Positions 30,462 through 40,894 of a stretch of 64,000 nt of DNA are shown one piece after another. The stretch lies in assembly GCA_902593675.1 (NCBI GenBank), contig CACJJI010000005.1, positions 21,081 through 85,080 of the forward strand, read 5' to 3'. Below the pieces are notes generated by a model that was not told the DNA's origin, did not search any database, and saw only the letters and a list, made by a program, of their open reading frames with translations. This stretch comes from an uncultured SAR86 cluster bacterium. GTDB taxonomy: Bacteria; Pseudomonadota; Gammaproteobacteria; Magnimaribacterales; D2472. Both the position numbers and the translations under genes were made by a program. Each line of letters starts with the position of its first letter. Position 1 is the first letter of the stretch.

Positions 30462-31280
30462 TTGAAAACAGACTTATTCACTTTCTCTATTCAAGAAGCT
30501 GAAACTCTAGGAATAGAATGCGCAATTGTCCTAGCTGCCTCAAAAGATCTGAAGAACTCCTCAGCTATGCCAAATGAAATAGCTTTACTCATTAAAGAAA
30601 AAATCCCTTTTTTAGAAGAACAAGAAATTCTTTCACATTTAAACAGATTGATTGATTTAAAGTTAATATCCTCAGATATTAGACCTCAATTTAAAGAATC
30701 TTCTGCTAAGAAGAATTTATATAAATTAAAATTACCTACAAAAAATACTAATGCTGGAAAGAGAAAACTTCATTACTCTTGGACGCCCTCAGTTCAGGCA
30801 TTTGAAGTATTAGGGATGGGTAATATTAATAAAGAATTCATTGAAAACAAAGTTAATGAATTCAAAATGTATTGGATGGAAAAAAATCAAGTTAGAGATA
30901 ACTGGAATGTATTATTTGTTGATTTTATTCGCAGGGAATGGGTTAAGGAAAATTCTGAGAATAAAGGTTTGCCAGTCTGCATAGATGAAAACTGGTTACC
31001 CTCTTCCGATGCAATTGATATTTTAGAATTAGCCAATGTGTCTAAAAATGATGCCTTAAAACACCTAAAGGAGTTTATACTCTATTGGAAAGAGAATGGA
31101 ACAGCCCTGAGATCATGGAACTCAAAATTTGTTGATTTTGTGAAACGAAAAGAGTTAATTGGTTCTTACGAAGAAAAAGATGACAAAAAAAATTACAGAC
31201 ATAATGAACCAGGAGAGTTTTCTCAAAAGTTCAAAGATAGAACAAAAGATGACTCCTGGGCAGAAAATCTCGAGCTCTGA
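30462..31280 (+). CDS. DnaT-like ssDNA-binding domain protein (lambda O-like partner) with two tandem repeats
   Basis: Two repeats of W.PS....EF..YW.E.....W...FVDF; C-terminal DDSWA; directly upstream of a P-like gene. Confidence 0.7.
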   Translation: MKTDLFTFSIQEAETLGIECAIVLAASKDLKNSSAMPNEIALLIKEKIPFLEEQEILSHLNRLIDLKLISSDIRPQFKESSAKKNLYKLKLPTKNTNAGKRKLHYSWTPSVQAFEVLGMGNINKEFIENKVNEFKMYWMEKNQVRDNWNVLFVDFIRREWVKENSENKGLPVCIDENWLPSSDAIDILELANVSKNDALKHLKEFILYWKENGTALRSWNSKFVDFVKRKELIGSYEEKDDKKNYRHNEPGEFSQKFKDRTKDDSWAENLEL

Positions 31281-31827
31281 ACGAAAAAGCTTTATCAACG
31301 CTATTGATAATCTCTTTTTAAAGCTAGAGCTTTCCTACCATTATCAATTTTATAAAGTGTTTGGAACGGATCACAGACTCAATGAAGCAAAAAAGCTTTG
31401 GGCAGAAAGCCTAAAAAAATTTCCAGCTGAATGTATTAATGCTGCAGTGGAAACTGTAATTCAAGCAAATGATTACCTCCCAACTCTTACAGAAATACTC
31501 AAGGCATGTTCAGGGTCAATGGGCGCAATCAACATTCCAACTCCGCAAGAAGCATTTATTGAAGCTCAGAAATCCTCATCACCAAGGCAAAGCTTTCCTT
31601 GGACTCACCCAATCATTTACTGGGCAGGAAGAGAGGTTGGGTGGGAATTAATTAATTCTCAAAATAATAACAATACTTTTCAAGCCTTCTCAAAAACTTA
31701 CATGCGCTTGGTTCAAGAAATGAAAGCAGGTAGAGAATTTAAAGTTACTCCAATAGAAGAAGCAGATGCTTTAGAGCCTGTAGATATCAATTTACTGGAA
31801 AAGCTTAGAAAAAAATATGACCTGTAA
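31180..31827 (+). CDS. Replication protein P family (lambda P-like helicase loader)
   Basis: IDNLFLKLELSY, AKKLWAESL, YLPTLTEILKAC, IPTPQEAF.EA, WTHPIIYWAG..VGW; start uncertain (31180, 31204 or 31249). Confidence 0.72.
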   Translation: MTKKITDIMNQESFLKSSKIEQKMTPGQKISSSERKSFINAIDNLFLKLELSYHYQFYKVFGTDHRLNEAKKLWAESLKKFPAECINAAVETVIQANDYLPTLTEILKACSGSMGAINIPTPQEAFIEAQKSSSPRQSFPWTHPIIYWAGREVGWELINSQNNNNTFQAFSKTYMRLVQEMKAGREFKVTPIEEADALEPVDINLLEKLRKKYDL

Positions 31828-31829
31828 AA

Positions 31830-31847
31830 TGTAAAGTGTACTTTACA
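31830..31847. promoter_or_regulatory. Perfect palindrome TGTAAA-N6-TTTACA over the -35 region of the RND operon promoter
   Basis: TGTAAAGTGTACTTTACA, with TATAAT at 31860-31865. Confidence 0.5.
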
Positions 31848-31910
31848 AAAAAGATGAACTATAATCCATCCCCGCTTGTCAAAATAAAATAGCGTAACAA
31901 ATTATAAAAA

Positions 31911-32792
31911 ATGTCAAAAAACGTCAGGATTTCTCTATATATTTTAGTCCCCGTAATTGCTTGGATGATTTCTGGTCAATTTGTGGCAGAAGTAATATTA
32001 GAAGAAAAAGCAAATAATAAATTATCCTCAGTTGTGATTTCTGAAAGTGAATCTGCTTTCTTTTCACCTTCAATTAAATTAAATTCTTCAGCCACTTCTG
32101 AGAAAAGAGTAAATATTTTAGCCAAGACGTCTGGAGAAGTTATGCCAAATAATATCTTGCAGGGTGATTGGGTCCAAAAAGACCAAGTACTCTGTAGACT
32201 CGGTGTTGTTGAGCTTAATAGAACAGAAGTAAAAGCCCCATTCAAAGGCTATATTGAAAGAATTGTTAAGCCTGGCAATTACTTAAGCAAAGGTCAAACA
32301 TGCGCTGTAATTATTGAATTAGATCCTATTACTTTTATTGCTGAGGTTCCTGAAACAGAAATTAAAAAGGTAATTAACGGGCAACAAGTTTCAATTGAAC
32401 TTGTTACAGGAGAAGTGATCAAGAGTAAATTAAGTTTTGTTTCAAAAAGTGCATCGGCTTCTACTCGTACCTTTAGAGTCGAAGCCAAAGTTTCTAATGC
32501 TAGCGGCAAGATAAGAGATGGAATTACTGGAACAATGACCATTCAAACCAATAAGGTGCTTGCCAATAAAATATCGCCATCTATTTTGTTGTTATCTGAT
32601 GAAGGTGACCTTGGTGTTAGAGTTGTCAATGAAAATGACGAAGTTAAATTTTTGCCAATCAATATTATTGAAGATACCAATGATGGGATATGGGTAACAG
32701 GAATTCCAAACCTCTCAAAGCTTATTGTGCTTGGTCAAGGATTTGTAAAAAATGGTGAGAAGGTACAAACAACTTTTCTGTCTGATGTATGA
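31911..32792 (+). CDS. RND efflux periplasmic adaptor (MFP), lacking the alpha-hairpin
   Basis: N-terminal TM anchor, lipoyl halves AKTSGEV..GDWV and VKAPFKG, TRTFRVEA, GIWVTG..LIVLGQ. Confidence 0.85.
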   Translation: MSKNVRISLYILVPVIAWMISGQFVAEVILEEKANNKLSSVVISESESAFFSPSIKLNSSATSEKRVNILAKTSGEVMPNNILQGDWVQKDQVLCRLGVVELNRTEVKAPFKGYIERIVKPGNYLSKGQTCAVIIELDPITFIAEVPETEIKKVINGQQVSIELVTGEVIKSKLSFVSKSASASTRTFRVEAKVSNASGKIRDGITGTMTIQTNKVLANKISPSILLLSDEGDLGVRVVNENDEVKFLPINIIEDTNDGIWVTGIPNLSKLIVLGQGFVKNGEKVQTTFLSDV

Positions 32793-35700
32793 CTAAAATT
32801 GTAGATTTTGCTTTATCTAAAGCAAGAACTACCCTTGCCTTAGCTTTGCTTGTTATTGTTGCTGGATCAGTTGCGCGATCTTCTCTTGGCGTGGCTGCTG
32901 ATCCAAACATCCAATTACCTCTTGTAAGCGTGTCAGTATTTTTAGATGGCGCCTCTCCCGAAGACGCTTCAAGACTCATTGCAAGACCCTTAGAAACTAG
33001 ATTAAGAAGTGTTCCTGGTATTAAGGAGCTATCTTCATCCGCAAGGTTAAGTTACGCGAGAATTGTTGCTGAGTTTGAGGTTGGTTATAACATAGATACT
33101 GCTCTGAGAGATATTAAGCAAGCAGTAGAGGAAGTGAAATTTGAGCTACCAAGAGAGGCAGAAGACCCTCAAATCAGAGAGTATTCCTTTGCTATGTTTC
33201 CAGTGATGAACTTAAGTCTTATTGGATCAGCGTCGTTGAGGCAAAAGGTATACATCGCAAGAGAACTTCAAGATAAATTGGAATCTATAAGCGAAGTACT
33301 TGCAGCAGATCTTGAGGGAGTTCCTCAAGAGGTTCTTGTAGGAATCATAGATAAATCTAAAATGGAAACCTATGGAATCACCTTAAATCAACTATACAAC
33401 TCAATTTCAAGCAATAACCTTATTATCCCAGGCGGAGCTCAAGATACGGGCTCGGGTAAATTTAACATCGAAGTTCCAGGAATTTTTGAAACTGCAGAGG
33501 ATGTTTACAACATTCCAATTAAAGTTACTCGTGATGCAGTTGTAACCTTGAGTGACATTGGGGAGATTAAAAGAACTTTCAAAGATTATTCTTCATTTGC
33601 AAAAGTTAATGGTCAAGATGCGATAACCCTTGAGATAAGAATCAGGGTTGGTGCTAATGCAATTGATGCAAAAACTAAAATTTTAAAAGTCGTGTCTGAT
33701 TTTCAAGAAACATTGCCTACAAATCTTTCAATTGTTAAAACTAATGACGAAACTGTCTGGGCAGAAATGATGATCTCAGAGCTTGAAGGAAATATTATTA
33801 CAGCTATTTTCTTGGTCATGGTTCTTGTAATAGCAAGCATGGGCGTGAGGGTTGGGATGTTGGTTGGCCTTTCAATTCCTTTTTGCTTTCTACTTACTTT
33901 TATTATTTTGAAAGTTGTGGGTATTGAGTTTAACTTTTTGGTCATGATGGGTCTTCTTCTTGGACTGGGGATGTTAATCGATGGTTCGATAGTGGTGACA
34001 GAGTATGCCGATAGGAAAATTTCTGAGGGTTTGAATAGATTAGAAGCATATAGACTTGCCTCTAAGAGAATGTTTTATCCAATACTCTCCTCCACAGCAA
34101 CTACAATAGCTGCATTTATACCTTTAATTTTTTGGCCAGGTTTTACTGGTCAATTTATGCGCTTTCTTCCGGTAACAGTATTTATAGTGTTAAGTGCATC
34201 TTTAGTTTACGCAATGATAGTTACTCCAGTGATCGGGTCAATCTTTGGACAACGAAGATCAAGCCTCGTCTCAGGTGAAAATGAGCAAACAGGCGAAATT
34301 GTATTTGATAAGATTTCTACATTCTATGGAAGATGGCTAAGAACATTTGTTAAAAATCCTGGAGAGACTCTTGTTGCTGTTTTGATGATTCTTTGGTTTT
34401 TTGGATATGCCATGTATGGGAACTTTGGAAAAGGAACAATTTATTTTGCTGATGTAGATCCCTTTGCAGCAGAAATAAATATAAGGGCAAGAGGAAACTT
34501 CTCTGCTATAGAATCAAAAGAAATTATGGAAAGAGTTGAGTCAACTATTTCTGAAGTACGTGGGATCGAAAACCTATATCTTACAACTGGATCGCAATGG
34601 TTTAACTCTGGAGGGGATACTATGGCTAGAGGTTTTCTTGAGGTTGGGTTTACAAATGGAGAGCTAACTGGAAATGAAATCATCAAGAATGCTGAGAAAG
34701 CTGTTTCAAATATTCCTGGGATATTAGTAGAAATTACTCCCGAAGAGGGAGGCCCAGGTTTTGATTCTCCAATAGAGCTAGGTATTTTTGGAAATAATGA
34801 TGGGCAAGTTGCTAATGCAACTAGAAGAATTGAGAAATATCTTAAAGAGGATGTTGCTGGATTAATGAATATAAATTCCACATTGCCTCACCCATTAATT
34901 GAATGGAAAGTGGAAGTTGATAAGCAAAAAGCAGCTCAACTAGGCGTTAGCATGCTAGACATAGGTGCATTAGTTCAAATGCTTACAAATGGTTTTAAAG
35001 TTGGTGAATATAGACCAGATGATTCAAAAGATGAAATTGAAATAAGAGCTAGATTTGATTCAGAGTTAAGGTCACTAAGTGGAATCAAGGATCTTAAGGT
35101 AAATTCAATAAATGGCCTTATTCCAATAAGCACTTTTATCAAACTGGTGCCTGCCCAAAACCGACAGTCAGTTATAAGGAGGAATGGTAAGTACTTCCAT
35201 GAAATAGGAATCGCCACTCAGTCAGGATACCTTGTATCTGATAAAGTAAAAGAAATTGCAACCTGGTTGGAAAGCCAAGACTTTGGTTCTGATATTACAA
35301 CTAAATTTAGAGGGCAACAGGAAGAGACTGAAGAAGTCACAGCCTTTTTAAGCGGCGCTGCCCTTACTGCACTTGCTTTAATGCTAATTTTATTAGTAAC
35401 TCAATTTAATAGCTTTTATCAGTCAATACTTGTGCTAAGCGCCGTATTTATGTCAATAGTAGGTGTTTTGGTAGGTCTTATGATAATGGGTAAACCTTTC
35501 AGCACCACCATGAATGGAATAGCTATAGTTGCTTTATCGGGAATCGTAGTAAATAACAACATCGTTTTAATTGATACATTCAATAGATTAACTGGTGAGT
35601 ACCCTAATCTATCAAAAGAAGATGTAATCATAAAGACTTGCAAACAACGTCTCAGACCAATTCTATTAACAACTACAACAACTATCTTTGGTCTCCTCCC

Positions 35701-35917
35701 ACTTGCAGTAGGCGTAAGTATAGATGTATTGTCTAGAGAAATATTAATAGGGAGTCGTGTTGTTGAATGGTGGACTTTATTGGCTTCCTCAATTGTATTT
35801 GGTTTGTCCTTTAGTACAGTTCTAACACTAATTTTTACTCCTGCAGCATTAATTCTCCCATCCAGAATAAAAATATGGCTTCAAAATAGATTTGGCCTAT
35901 TTAAAACAGCAAGTTAA
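32789..35917 (+). CDS. RND family permease (AcrB/AcrD/AcrF-like)
   Basis: 1042 aa, GASPED..RPLE, GMLIDGSIVVTE, GIVVNNNIVLID, RLRPILLT. Confidence 0.93.
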   Translation: MTKIVDFALSKARTTLALALLVIVAGSVARSSLGVAADPNIQLPLVSVSVFLDGASPEDASRLIARPLETRLRSVPGIKELSSSARLSYARIVAEFEVGYNIDTALRDIKQAVEEVKFELPREAEDPQIREYSFAMFPVMNLSLIGSASLRQKVYIARELQDKLESISEVLAADLEGVPQEVLVGIIDKSKMETYGITLNQLYNSISSNNLIIPGGAQDTGSGKFNIEVPGIFETAEDVYNIPIKVTRDAVVTLSDIGEIKRTFKDYSSFAKVNGQDAITLEIRIRVGANAIDAKTKILKVVSDFQETLPTNLSIVKTNDETVWAEMMISELEGNIITAIFLVMVLVIASMGVRVGMLVGLSIPFCFLLTFIILKVVGIEFNFLVMMGLLLGLGMLIDGSIVVTEYADRKISEGLNRLEAYRLASKRMFYPILSSTATTIAAFIPLIFWPGFTGQFMRFLPVTVFIVLSASLVYAMIVTPVIGSIFGQRRSSLVSGENEQTGEIVFDKISTFYGRWLRTFVKNPGETLVAVLMILWFFGYAMYGNFGKGTIYFADVDPFAAEINIRARGNFSAIESKEIMERVESTISEVRGIENLYLTTGSQWFNSGGDTMARGFLEVGFTNGELTGNEIIKNAEKAVSNIPGILVEITPEEGGPGFDSPIELGIFGNNDGQVANATRRIEKYLKEDVAGLMNINSTLPHPLIEWKVEVDKQKAAQLGVSMLDIGALVQMLTNGFKVGEYRPDDSKDEIEIRARFDSELRSLSGIKDLKVNSINGLIPISTFIKLVPAQNRQSVIRRNGKYFHEIGIATQSGYLVSDKVKEIATWLESQDFGSDITTKFRGQQEETEEVTAFLSGAALTALALMLILLVTQFNSFYQSILVLSAVFMSIVGVLVGLMIMGKPFSTTMNGIAIVALSGIVVNNNIVLIDTFNRLTGEYPNLSKEDVIIKTCKQRLRPILLTTTTTIFGLLPLAVGVSIDVLSREILIGSRVVEWWTLLASSIVFGLSFSTVLTLIFTPAALILPSRIKIWLQNRFGLFKTAS

Positions 35918-35951
35918 GTGCTCAAAAAAATAGCATCGGTTACAATAAAGC

Positions 35952-36170
35952 ATGACAAAAAAAGATACGGTAAATTTTGAATCATCTCTAAAAAAACTTG
36001 AGCAAATTGTTGCCAAGCTTGAAGACGGAGACATTAGCTTAGAGGATAGTGTTAAGTCTTTTGAAGAAGGAATTGGTTTAGTTAAAGAATGTCAGAAACA
36101 GCTTTCAGCAGCTGAGTTAAAAGTAAAGAAGCTTTTAGATAGTGGCGATTCGGTAGACCTGGATAGCTAA
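35952..36170 (+). CDS. xseB: Exodeoxyribonuclease VII small subunit
   Basis: FESSLKKLEQIV..LE.GDISLE..FEEG..L..C; xseB-ispA-dxs gene order. Confidence 0.95.
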   Translation: MTKKDTVNFESSLKKLEQIVAKLEDGDISLEDSVKSFEEGIGLVKECQKQLSAAELKVKKLLDSGDSVDLDS

Positions 36171-36180
36171 GATTGGATTT

Positions 36181-37050
36181 ATGTCTTTAAGCTTTCTATC
36201 TGAATGCAAAGAGAAGGTTTTCAATCGAATAGATTCCCTGCTTCCAGATACTAATAAGATAGCTTCCTCAATGCGATATTCTGCTTTGGCGGATAGTAAA
36301 TGTATACGAGCTGGATTAGTTTTTGCTTCTGGCAATCTAAATAAAGAAATTTCTAATTCAGCATTAATTGACATGGCTACTAGCATTGAGCTCATGCACA
36401 CCTACTCTTTAATTCATGATGACCTGCCTTCAATGGATAATGATGAGATGAGGAGAGGTCAAGCCGCGAATCATATTAAATTTAATGAGGCTACAGCTAT
36501 TTTAACTGGAGATGCGCTACAAGCTTTGGCATATGAAAATATTGTTTCATCACCCAACATAACTCAATTGCAAAAGATTTTATCAATCAAAACCCTCTCA
36601 AATGCATGCGGGCATGAAGGTATGATTCTAGGCCAACAATATGACTTAGATGCTGAAAATAATGAATACAATGATATTAAAAAAATTCATGAGCTAAAAA
36701 CAGGAAGATTGATTAGAGTTGCAATGACTATGCCTCATCTAGGAAATGAAAAACAAAAAAATCAACTAATACTTTTAGATGAAGTTGGTAGAGATCTCGG
36801 TCTCGCTTTCCAGATTATCGATGATGTCCTGGAGGTATCTTCAGATTCAAGTACGCTTGGTAAAAGCAATCAGTCAGACTTGATGAATGAAAAACTAACC
36901 TATGTAAATACTTTTGGTAAACAAGCATCCATTGATCAAGCGCATGCTTTATCGAGTGCATGTATTTCCAAATTAGAGAGTTCATTTCATGATAATGAGG
37001 TTACTGCATTGCTTGAATTGGCTAAATTTATGGTTGAAAGAAAAAGTTAG
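36181..37050 (+). CDS. ispA: Farnesyl diphosphate synthase
   Basis: SLIHDDLPSMDND..RRG, GQQYD, KTG, FQIIDDVL. Confidence 0.93.
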   Translation: MSLSFLSECKEKVFNRIDSLLPDTNKIASSMRYSALADSKCIRAGLVFASGNLNKEISNSALIDMATSIELMHTYSLIHDDLPSMDNDEMRRGQAANHIKFNEATAILTGDALQALAYENIVSSPNITQLQKILSIKTLSNACGHEGMILGQQYDLDAENNEYNDIKKIHELKTGRLIRVAMTMPHLGNEKQKNQLILLDEVGRDLGLAFQIIDDVLEVSSDSSTLGKSNQSDLMNEKLTYVNTFGKQASIDQAHALSSACISKLESSFHDNEVTALLELAKFMVERKS

Positions 37051-37051
37051 A

Positions 37052-38920
37052 ATGAAAATATTCTCTGAAATTCCATCAAAACCTCCTAAAACGCCTATTT
37101 TAGACAAGGTAAATTTACCTGAAGACGTAAAAAATTTGTCACCAATAGAACTCGAGACATTAGCAGATGATGTTCGGGGGCATATGTTATACAGTGTTGG
37201 TCAAAGCGGAGGGCATCTTGGTGGGGGTCTGGGAGTAGTAGAGCTAACAGTTGTTTTACAATACCTATACAACACTCCTGATGACAAAATAATTTGGGAC
37301 GTAGGCCACCAAGCCTATCCTCATAAAATTCTAACCGGAAGGAAGGATGTCCTTACTTCAATTCGTCATAAAGATGGACTAGCTCCGTTTCCAAATCGAG
37401 AAGAGAGCCAATATGATGCTTTTGGTGTTGGTCACTCAAGCACCTCAATCAGTGCCGCACTTGGCATGGCAATTGCCAATCAGGATACAAATAAAAAGGT
37501 TGTTGCTGTTATTGGTGATGGAGCTATGACCGCCGGAATGGCATTTGAGGGCTTAGCTCATGCAGGCCATATTAAACCAAATATGTTAATCATTCTGAAT
37601 GATAATGATATGTCTATCTCAGAAAATGTTGGTGGATTAAACAATTATTTTTCAAGAATCTGGGCATCAAAAGTCTACAAAGGAATAAGAAAAAGTGGAA
37701 AAAGTTTTTTAGAAAATCTTCCTCAAGCTCATCACATAGCAAGAAAAGTTGAAACTCAAATGAAAGCTATGGTTGCTCCTGGGAGTATCTTCGAGGAATT
37801 AGGGCTAAATTATATCGGCCCAATTGATGGTCATAATATTAATGAATTGATGTCAGTTATAGGAAATTTAAAGGACTTTGAGGGTCCACAGTTTTTACAT
37901 TTGATTACCAAAAAAGGTGCTGGGTTGGATCCTGCAGAAGCAGACAGAATAGGCTTTCATGCCATTGGAAAAATTAAACCATTGGATGCACCCAGCAAAA
38001 AGAATGGGCCGAAATATCAAGATGTATTTGGGCAATGGATTGTTGATATGGCCAATAAAGATCAAGACTTGATGGCCATTACTCCCGCCATGCGTGAAGG
38101 TTCGGGGTTGGTCAATTTCAGCAGAGAGTTTCCTGAAAGATTCTTTGATGTGGCTATTGCCGAACAGCATGCGGTGACTCTCGCTGCAGGAATGGCATGT
38201 GAAAAGAAAAAACCTGTTGTTGCAATCTACTCAACCTTTCTTCAGCGGGCTTATGATCAATTAATCCATGATGTAGCATTACAAAATCTAAATGTATTGT
38301 TTGCAATTGACCGAGCTGGATTGGTTGGAGAGGATGGCCCAACTCACTCAGGTAATTATGACCTTACATACCTTAGATGCATTCCAAATATGATTGTTGC
38401 AGTGCCAGCAGATGAAAATGAAGCAAGGAAATTACTAACCACCGCTTATATGCATAATGGTCCTGCTGCGGTTAGGTATCCTAGGGGTGGTGGAATAAAC
38501 TCTTTAGTAGAGCCTGGACTGAGTCCTGTTGAAATTGGCAAAGGAAGAGTCATGAGTATCCAAGAATCAGACATGCTTGTATTAAATTTTGGAGCACTAA
38601 TAGAAACTGCAGAAAATGTAGCTCAAGAACTAAATGCTACTTTATTAGATATGAGATTTGTTAAGCCATTGGATAAAGAATTAATTGCGGAACATTCTCA
38701 TGATAAAAAAACGATTATCACCATTGAGGATGGAGCTATATCTGGTGGAGCAGGCTCAGCAGTTGCTGAATGGGCTCAAGAAAATAAAGCAAAGCAGCAA
38801 ATTATCATATGCGGCATCCCAGATGAATTTATAGAGCATGCAAGTAGATCAGAAATGCTTGAGATGGTTGGACTGGATAAAAAAGGAATTCTTGCTAGAG
38901 TGAAAGACAGCTTATCTTAA
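37052..38920 (+). CDS. dxs: 1-deoxy-D-xylulose-5-phosphate synthase
   Basis: [40 protein letters not shown]; start placed at the ATG 1 nt after the ispA stop. Confidence 0.97.
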   Translation: MKIFSEIPSKPPKTPILDKVNLPEDVKNLSPIELETLADDVRGHMLYSVGQSGGHLGGGLGVVELTVVLQYLYNTPDDKIIWDVGHQAYPHKILTGRKDVLTSIRHKDGLAPFPNREESQYDAFGVGHSSTSISAALGMAIANQDTNKKVVAVIGDGAMTAGMAFEGLAHAGHIKPNMLIILNDNDMSISENVGGLNNYFSRIWASKVYKGIRKSGKSFLENLPQAHHIARKVETQMKAMVAPGSIFEELGLNYIGPIDGHNINELMSVIGNLKDFEGPQFLHLITKKGAGLDPAEADRIGFHAIGKIKPLDAPSKKNGPKYQDVFGQWIVDMANKDQDLMAITPAMREGSGLVNFSREFPERFFDVAIAEQHAVTLAAGMACEKKKPVVAIYSTFLQRAYDQLIHDVALQNLNVLFAIDRAGLVGEDGPTHSGNYDLTYLRCIPNMIVAVPADENEARKLLTTAYMHNGPAAVRYPRGGGINSLVEPGLSPVEIGKGRVMSIQESDMLVLNFGALIETAENVAQELNATLLDMRFVKPLDKELIAEHSHDKKTIITIEDGAISGGAGSAVAEWAQENKAKQQIIICGIPDEFIEHASRSEMLEMVGLDKKGILARVKDSLS

Positions 38921-39496
38921 GTGGCCCATTTTGTCTCTTTTAGTATCGAGATAATTTTGATTCTTTTCATTGGCACCTTCATGAAGAGAGGTTCTTTTAA
39001 TAACCTTTATACCAACCTCTTCTAGAGCATCTACTTTTTTTGGATTATTTGTTAAGAGATTTACTGAGGTAATATTGAAATGCTGCATTATATCCAAGCA
39101 AATATTATATTCTCTTAAGTCTGCAGGAAAACCTAACAATTCATTAGCCTCAACTGTATCATGACCTTGATCTTGTAAAGCATATGCTCGAATTTTATTG
39201 ACCAGTCCAATGCCTCTGCCCTCTTGTCTCAAATATAAGAGAATCCCAGATTTATTTTCAGCCAACATTTTTAGTGCTGATTGTAATTGAGGCCCACAAT
39301 CACACCTAAGGCTATGCAAAGCATCTCCAGTTAAACATTCAGAATGGACTCTGCACATCACAGCATCTTTATTATGGATATCGCCAATAGTTAATGCTAT
39401 GTGATCTTTACCATTAGGCTCTTCAAATGCCGAAATAGTAAAGTCACCGAATTTTGTAGGCAATGATGATTCAGAGACAAATTTACAACTATTCAA
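38912..39496 (-). CDS. ribA: GTP cyclohydrolase II
   Basis: [32 protein letters not shown]. Confidence 0.96.
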   Translation of the reverse strand: MNSCKFVSESSLPTKFGDFTISAFEEPNGKDHIALTIGDIHNKDAVMCRVHSECLTGDALHSLRCDCGPQLQSALKMLAENKSGILLYLRQEGRGIGLVNKIRAYALQDQGHDTVEANELLGFPADLREYNICLDIMQHFNITSVNLLTNNPKKVDALEEVGIKVIKRTSLHEGANEKNQNYLDTKRDKMGHLR

Positions 39497-39501
39497 TTGA
39501 T

Positions 39502-39963
39502 TTAAACTAGGATTAAAATTCCGTAAATTATACCACCAGCAAAAAATCCTGCTATCAAATCATCAAGCAGAATACCAAGACCTCCTTGTATATTTTGGTC
39601 AACCCAAGAAATTGGCCAAGGCTTCCAGATATCAAATAATCTAAAAAGTAAAAAAGCACATAGATAGGTCATGATTCCATGGGAAACGAAAGATAAAGTT
39701 ACAAGCATTCCTGCCACTTCATCGATTACAATTGCTGAGTGATCCTTGGAATCACTGTCTTTTGTTGCTTGAGAACAAACCAACCAAGAAAATAATATAA
39801 AAATTGGCAAAATTACATGAGCTGTTGAATGCAAAAACTCTGTGAAATACCAGATGAGTAAAGCAGCAAAGCTCCCCCATGTTCCAGGTGCTGGTCTTAG
39901 CAAGCCTATCCCAAACCATGTAGCAAAAAGATGGGAAGGTTTTTTTAAATTGGGAAAATTCAT
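39502..39963 (-). CDS. pgpA: Phosphatidylglycerophosphatase A
   Basis: [33 protein letters not shown]. Confidence 0.95.
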   Translation of the reverse strand: MNFPNLKKPSHLFATWFGIGLLRPAPGTWGSFAALLIWYFTEFLHSTAHVILPIFILFSWLVCSQATKDSDSKDHSAIVIDEVAGMLVTLSFVSHGIMTYLCAFLLFRLFDIWKPWPISWVDQNIQGGLGILLDDLIAGFFAGGIIYGILILV

Positions 39964-39964
39964 C

Positions 39965-40894
39965 CTACTGAAAATGATCCCAGTTTCTCATTGAGCCTTG
40001 ATAATTAGTTAGTATTAGTTTTTTACCACCCATAACGCCAATAGTATGGCATTTTTTTTTGCAAGAATTGAGTTTAGCTTGAAGAGCTAATAGTCTTTTT
40101 GGAGGAACTGTAAATAATAATTCATAGTCATCTCCAAACTCCAAGCATTGCTTTTTATATTTTTTATCAACTATAGGCACTTGATCTAAATCGAGCTGAC
40201 ATCCAACACCTGAGCTTGAAATTAAATGAGAAAGATCTTGCACAATTCCATCAGAAATATCGATAGCTGAAGAGGCAATACTCGCAATCATTCGCCCATA
40301 GGCTATTTGCGCATTAGGAAATAAATAAGGTCTTGTTTTGCTATTGAGTTCACCGCTCCTTTTATATTCTTTCAACCCTATATATCCAGACCCTAGAGCA
40401 CCAGATAAACATAATATATCCCCAGATTGAGCATTTGATCTCAATAAATATTTTTTCTCCGGTTTGCCTAATACTGTTACGCTGATCTGCAGAGAACCTT
40501 TCGCTAGATCGCCACCAATCAATGGAAGCTGGAATTCCTGGGAAATTTTTTGCAATCCTTTTTTAAAGGCTTTCATCCAGTCTGAGTTAAAACTCGGCAT
40601 TACCAAAGATAGGTTGAAGGCGACAGGACTGCCGCCCATTGCTGCTATATCACTTAAAGCGGTTACAACAGATCTGTAGGCAATTGATTCTGCAGGCATA
40701 GATTTTAAAAAATGCACTCCAGCCACAGAAGTATCTGTACTAATAAGTAGTTTTGAATTAGCTGCAATAACGGCGCAATCATCCCCACCGGCAAGATTAA
40801 TACCATTAGTTGTTAAATAAGAAGCACCTATGCCTGATAGGTACTTCTTAATAATTGAGAATTCTGAACTTATATTAACTTGGGTATCTTTCAA
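39965..40894 (-). CDS. thiL: Thiamine-monophosphate kinase (start uncertain)
   Basis: SEFSII, GDDCA, LSDIAAMG, LIGGD, IDISDG, GDDYEL. No ATG near the expected start; TTG 40894, GTG 40918 or ATA 40873 are possible. Confidence 0.9.
   Translation of the reverse strand: MKDTQVNISSEFSIIKKYLSGIGASYLTTNGINLAGGDDCAVIAANSKLLISTDTSVAGVHFLKSMPAESIAYRSVVTALSDIAAMGGSPVAFNLSLVMPSFNSDWMKAFKKGLQKISQEFQLPLIGGDLAKGSLQISVTVLGKPEKKYLLRSNAQSGDILCLSGALGSGYIGLKEYKRSGELNSKTRPYLFPNAQIAYGRMIASIASSAIDISDGIVQDLSHLISSSGVGCQLDLDQVPIVDKKYKKQCLEFGDDYELLFTVPPKRLLALQAKLNSCKKKCHTIGVMGGKKLILTNYQGSMRNWDHFQ

Noticed and set aside
30462-31827. Prophage suggested by the replication protein P homolog
   Set aside because: It is flanked by housekeeping genes with no other phage functions, which fits domestication better
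36989-37051. Extended N-termini from the ORF track for dxs (also the HAD at 25194 and the ACAD at 46696)
   Set aside because: They overlap upstream genes, and downstream ATGs at the upstream stop codons match expected protein starts
40875-40880. AGTTAA shared in inverted orientation at the thiolase and nusB stops, as an inversion recombination site
   Set aside because: The match is 6 nt including a stop codon, which is expected by chance in AT-rich DNA
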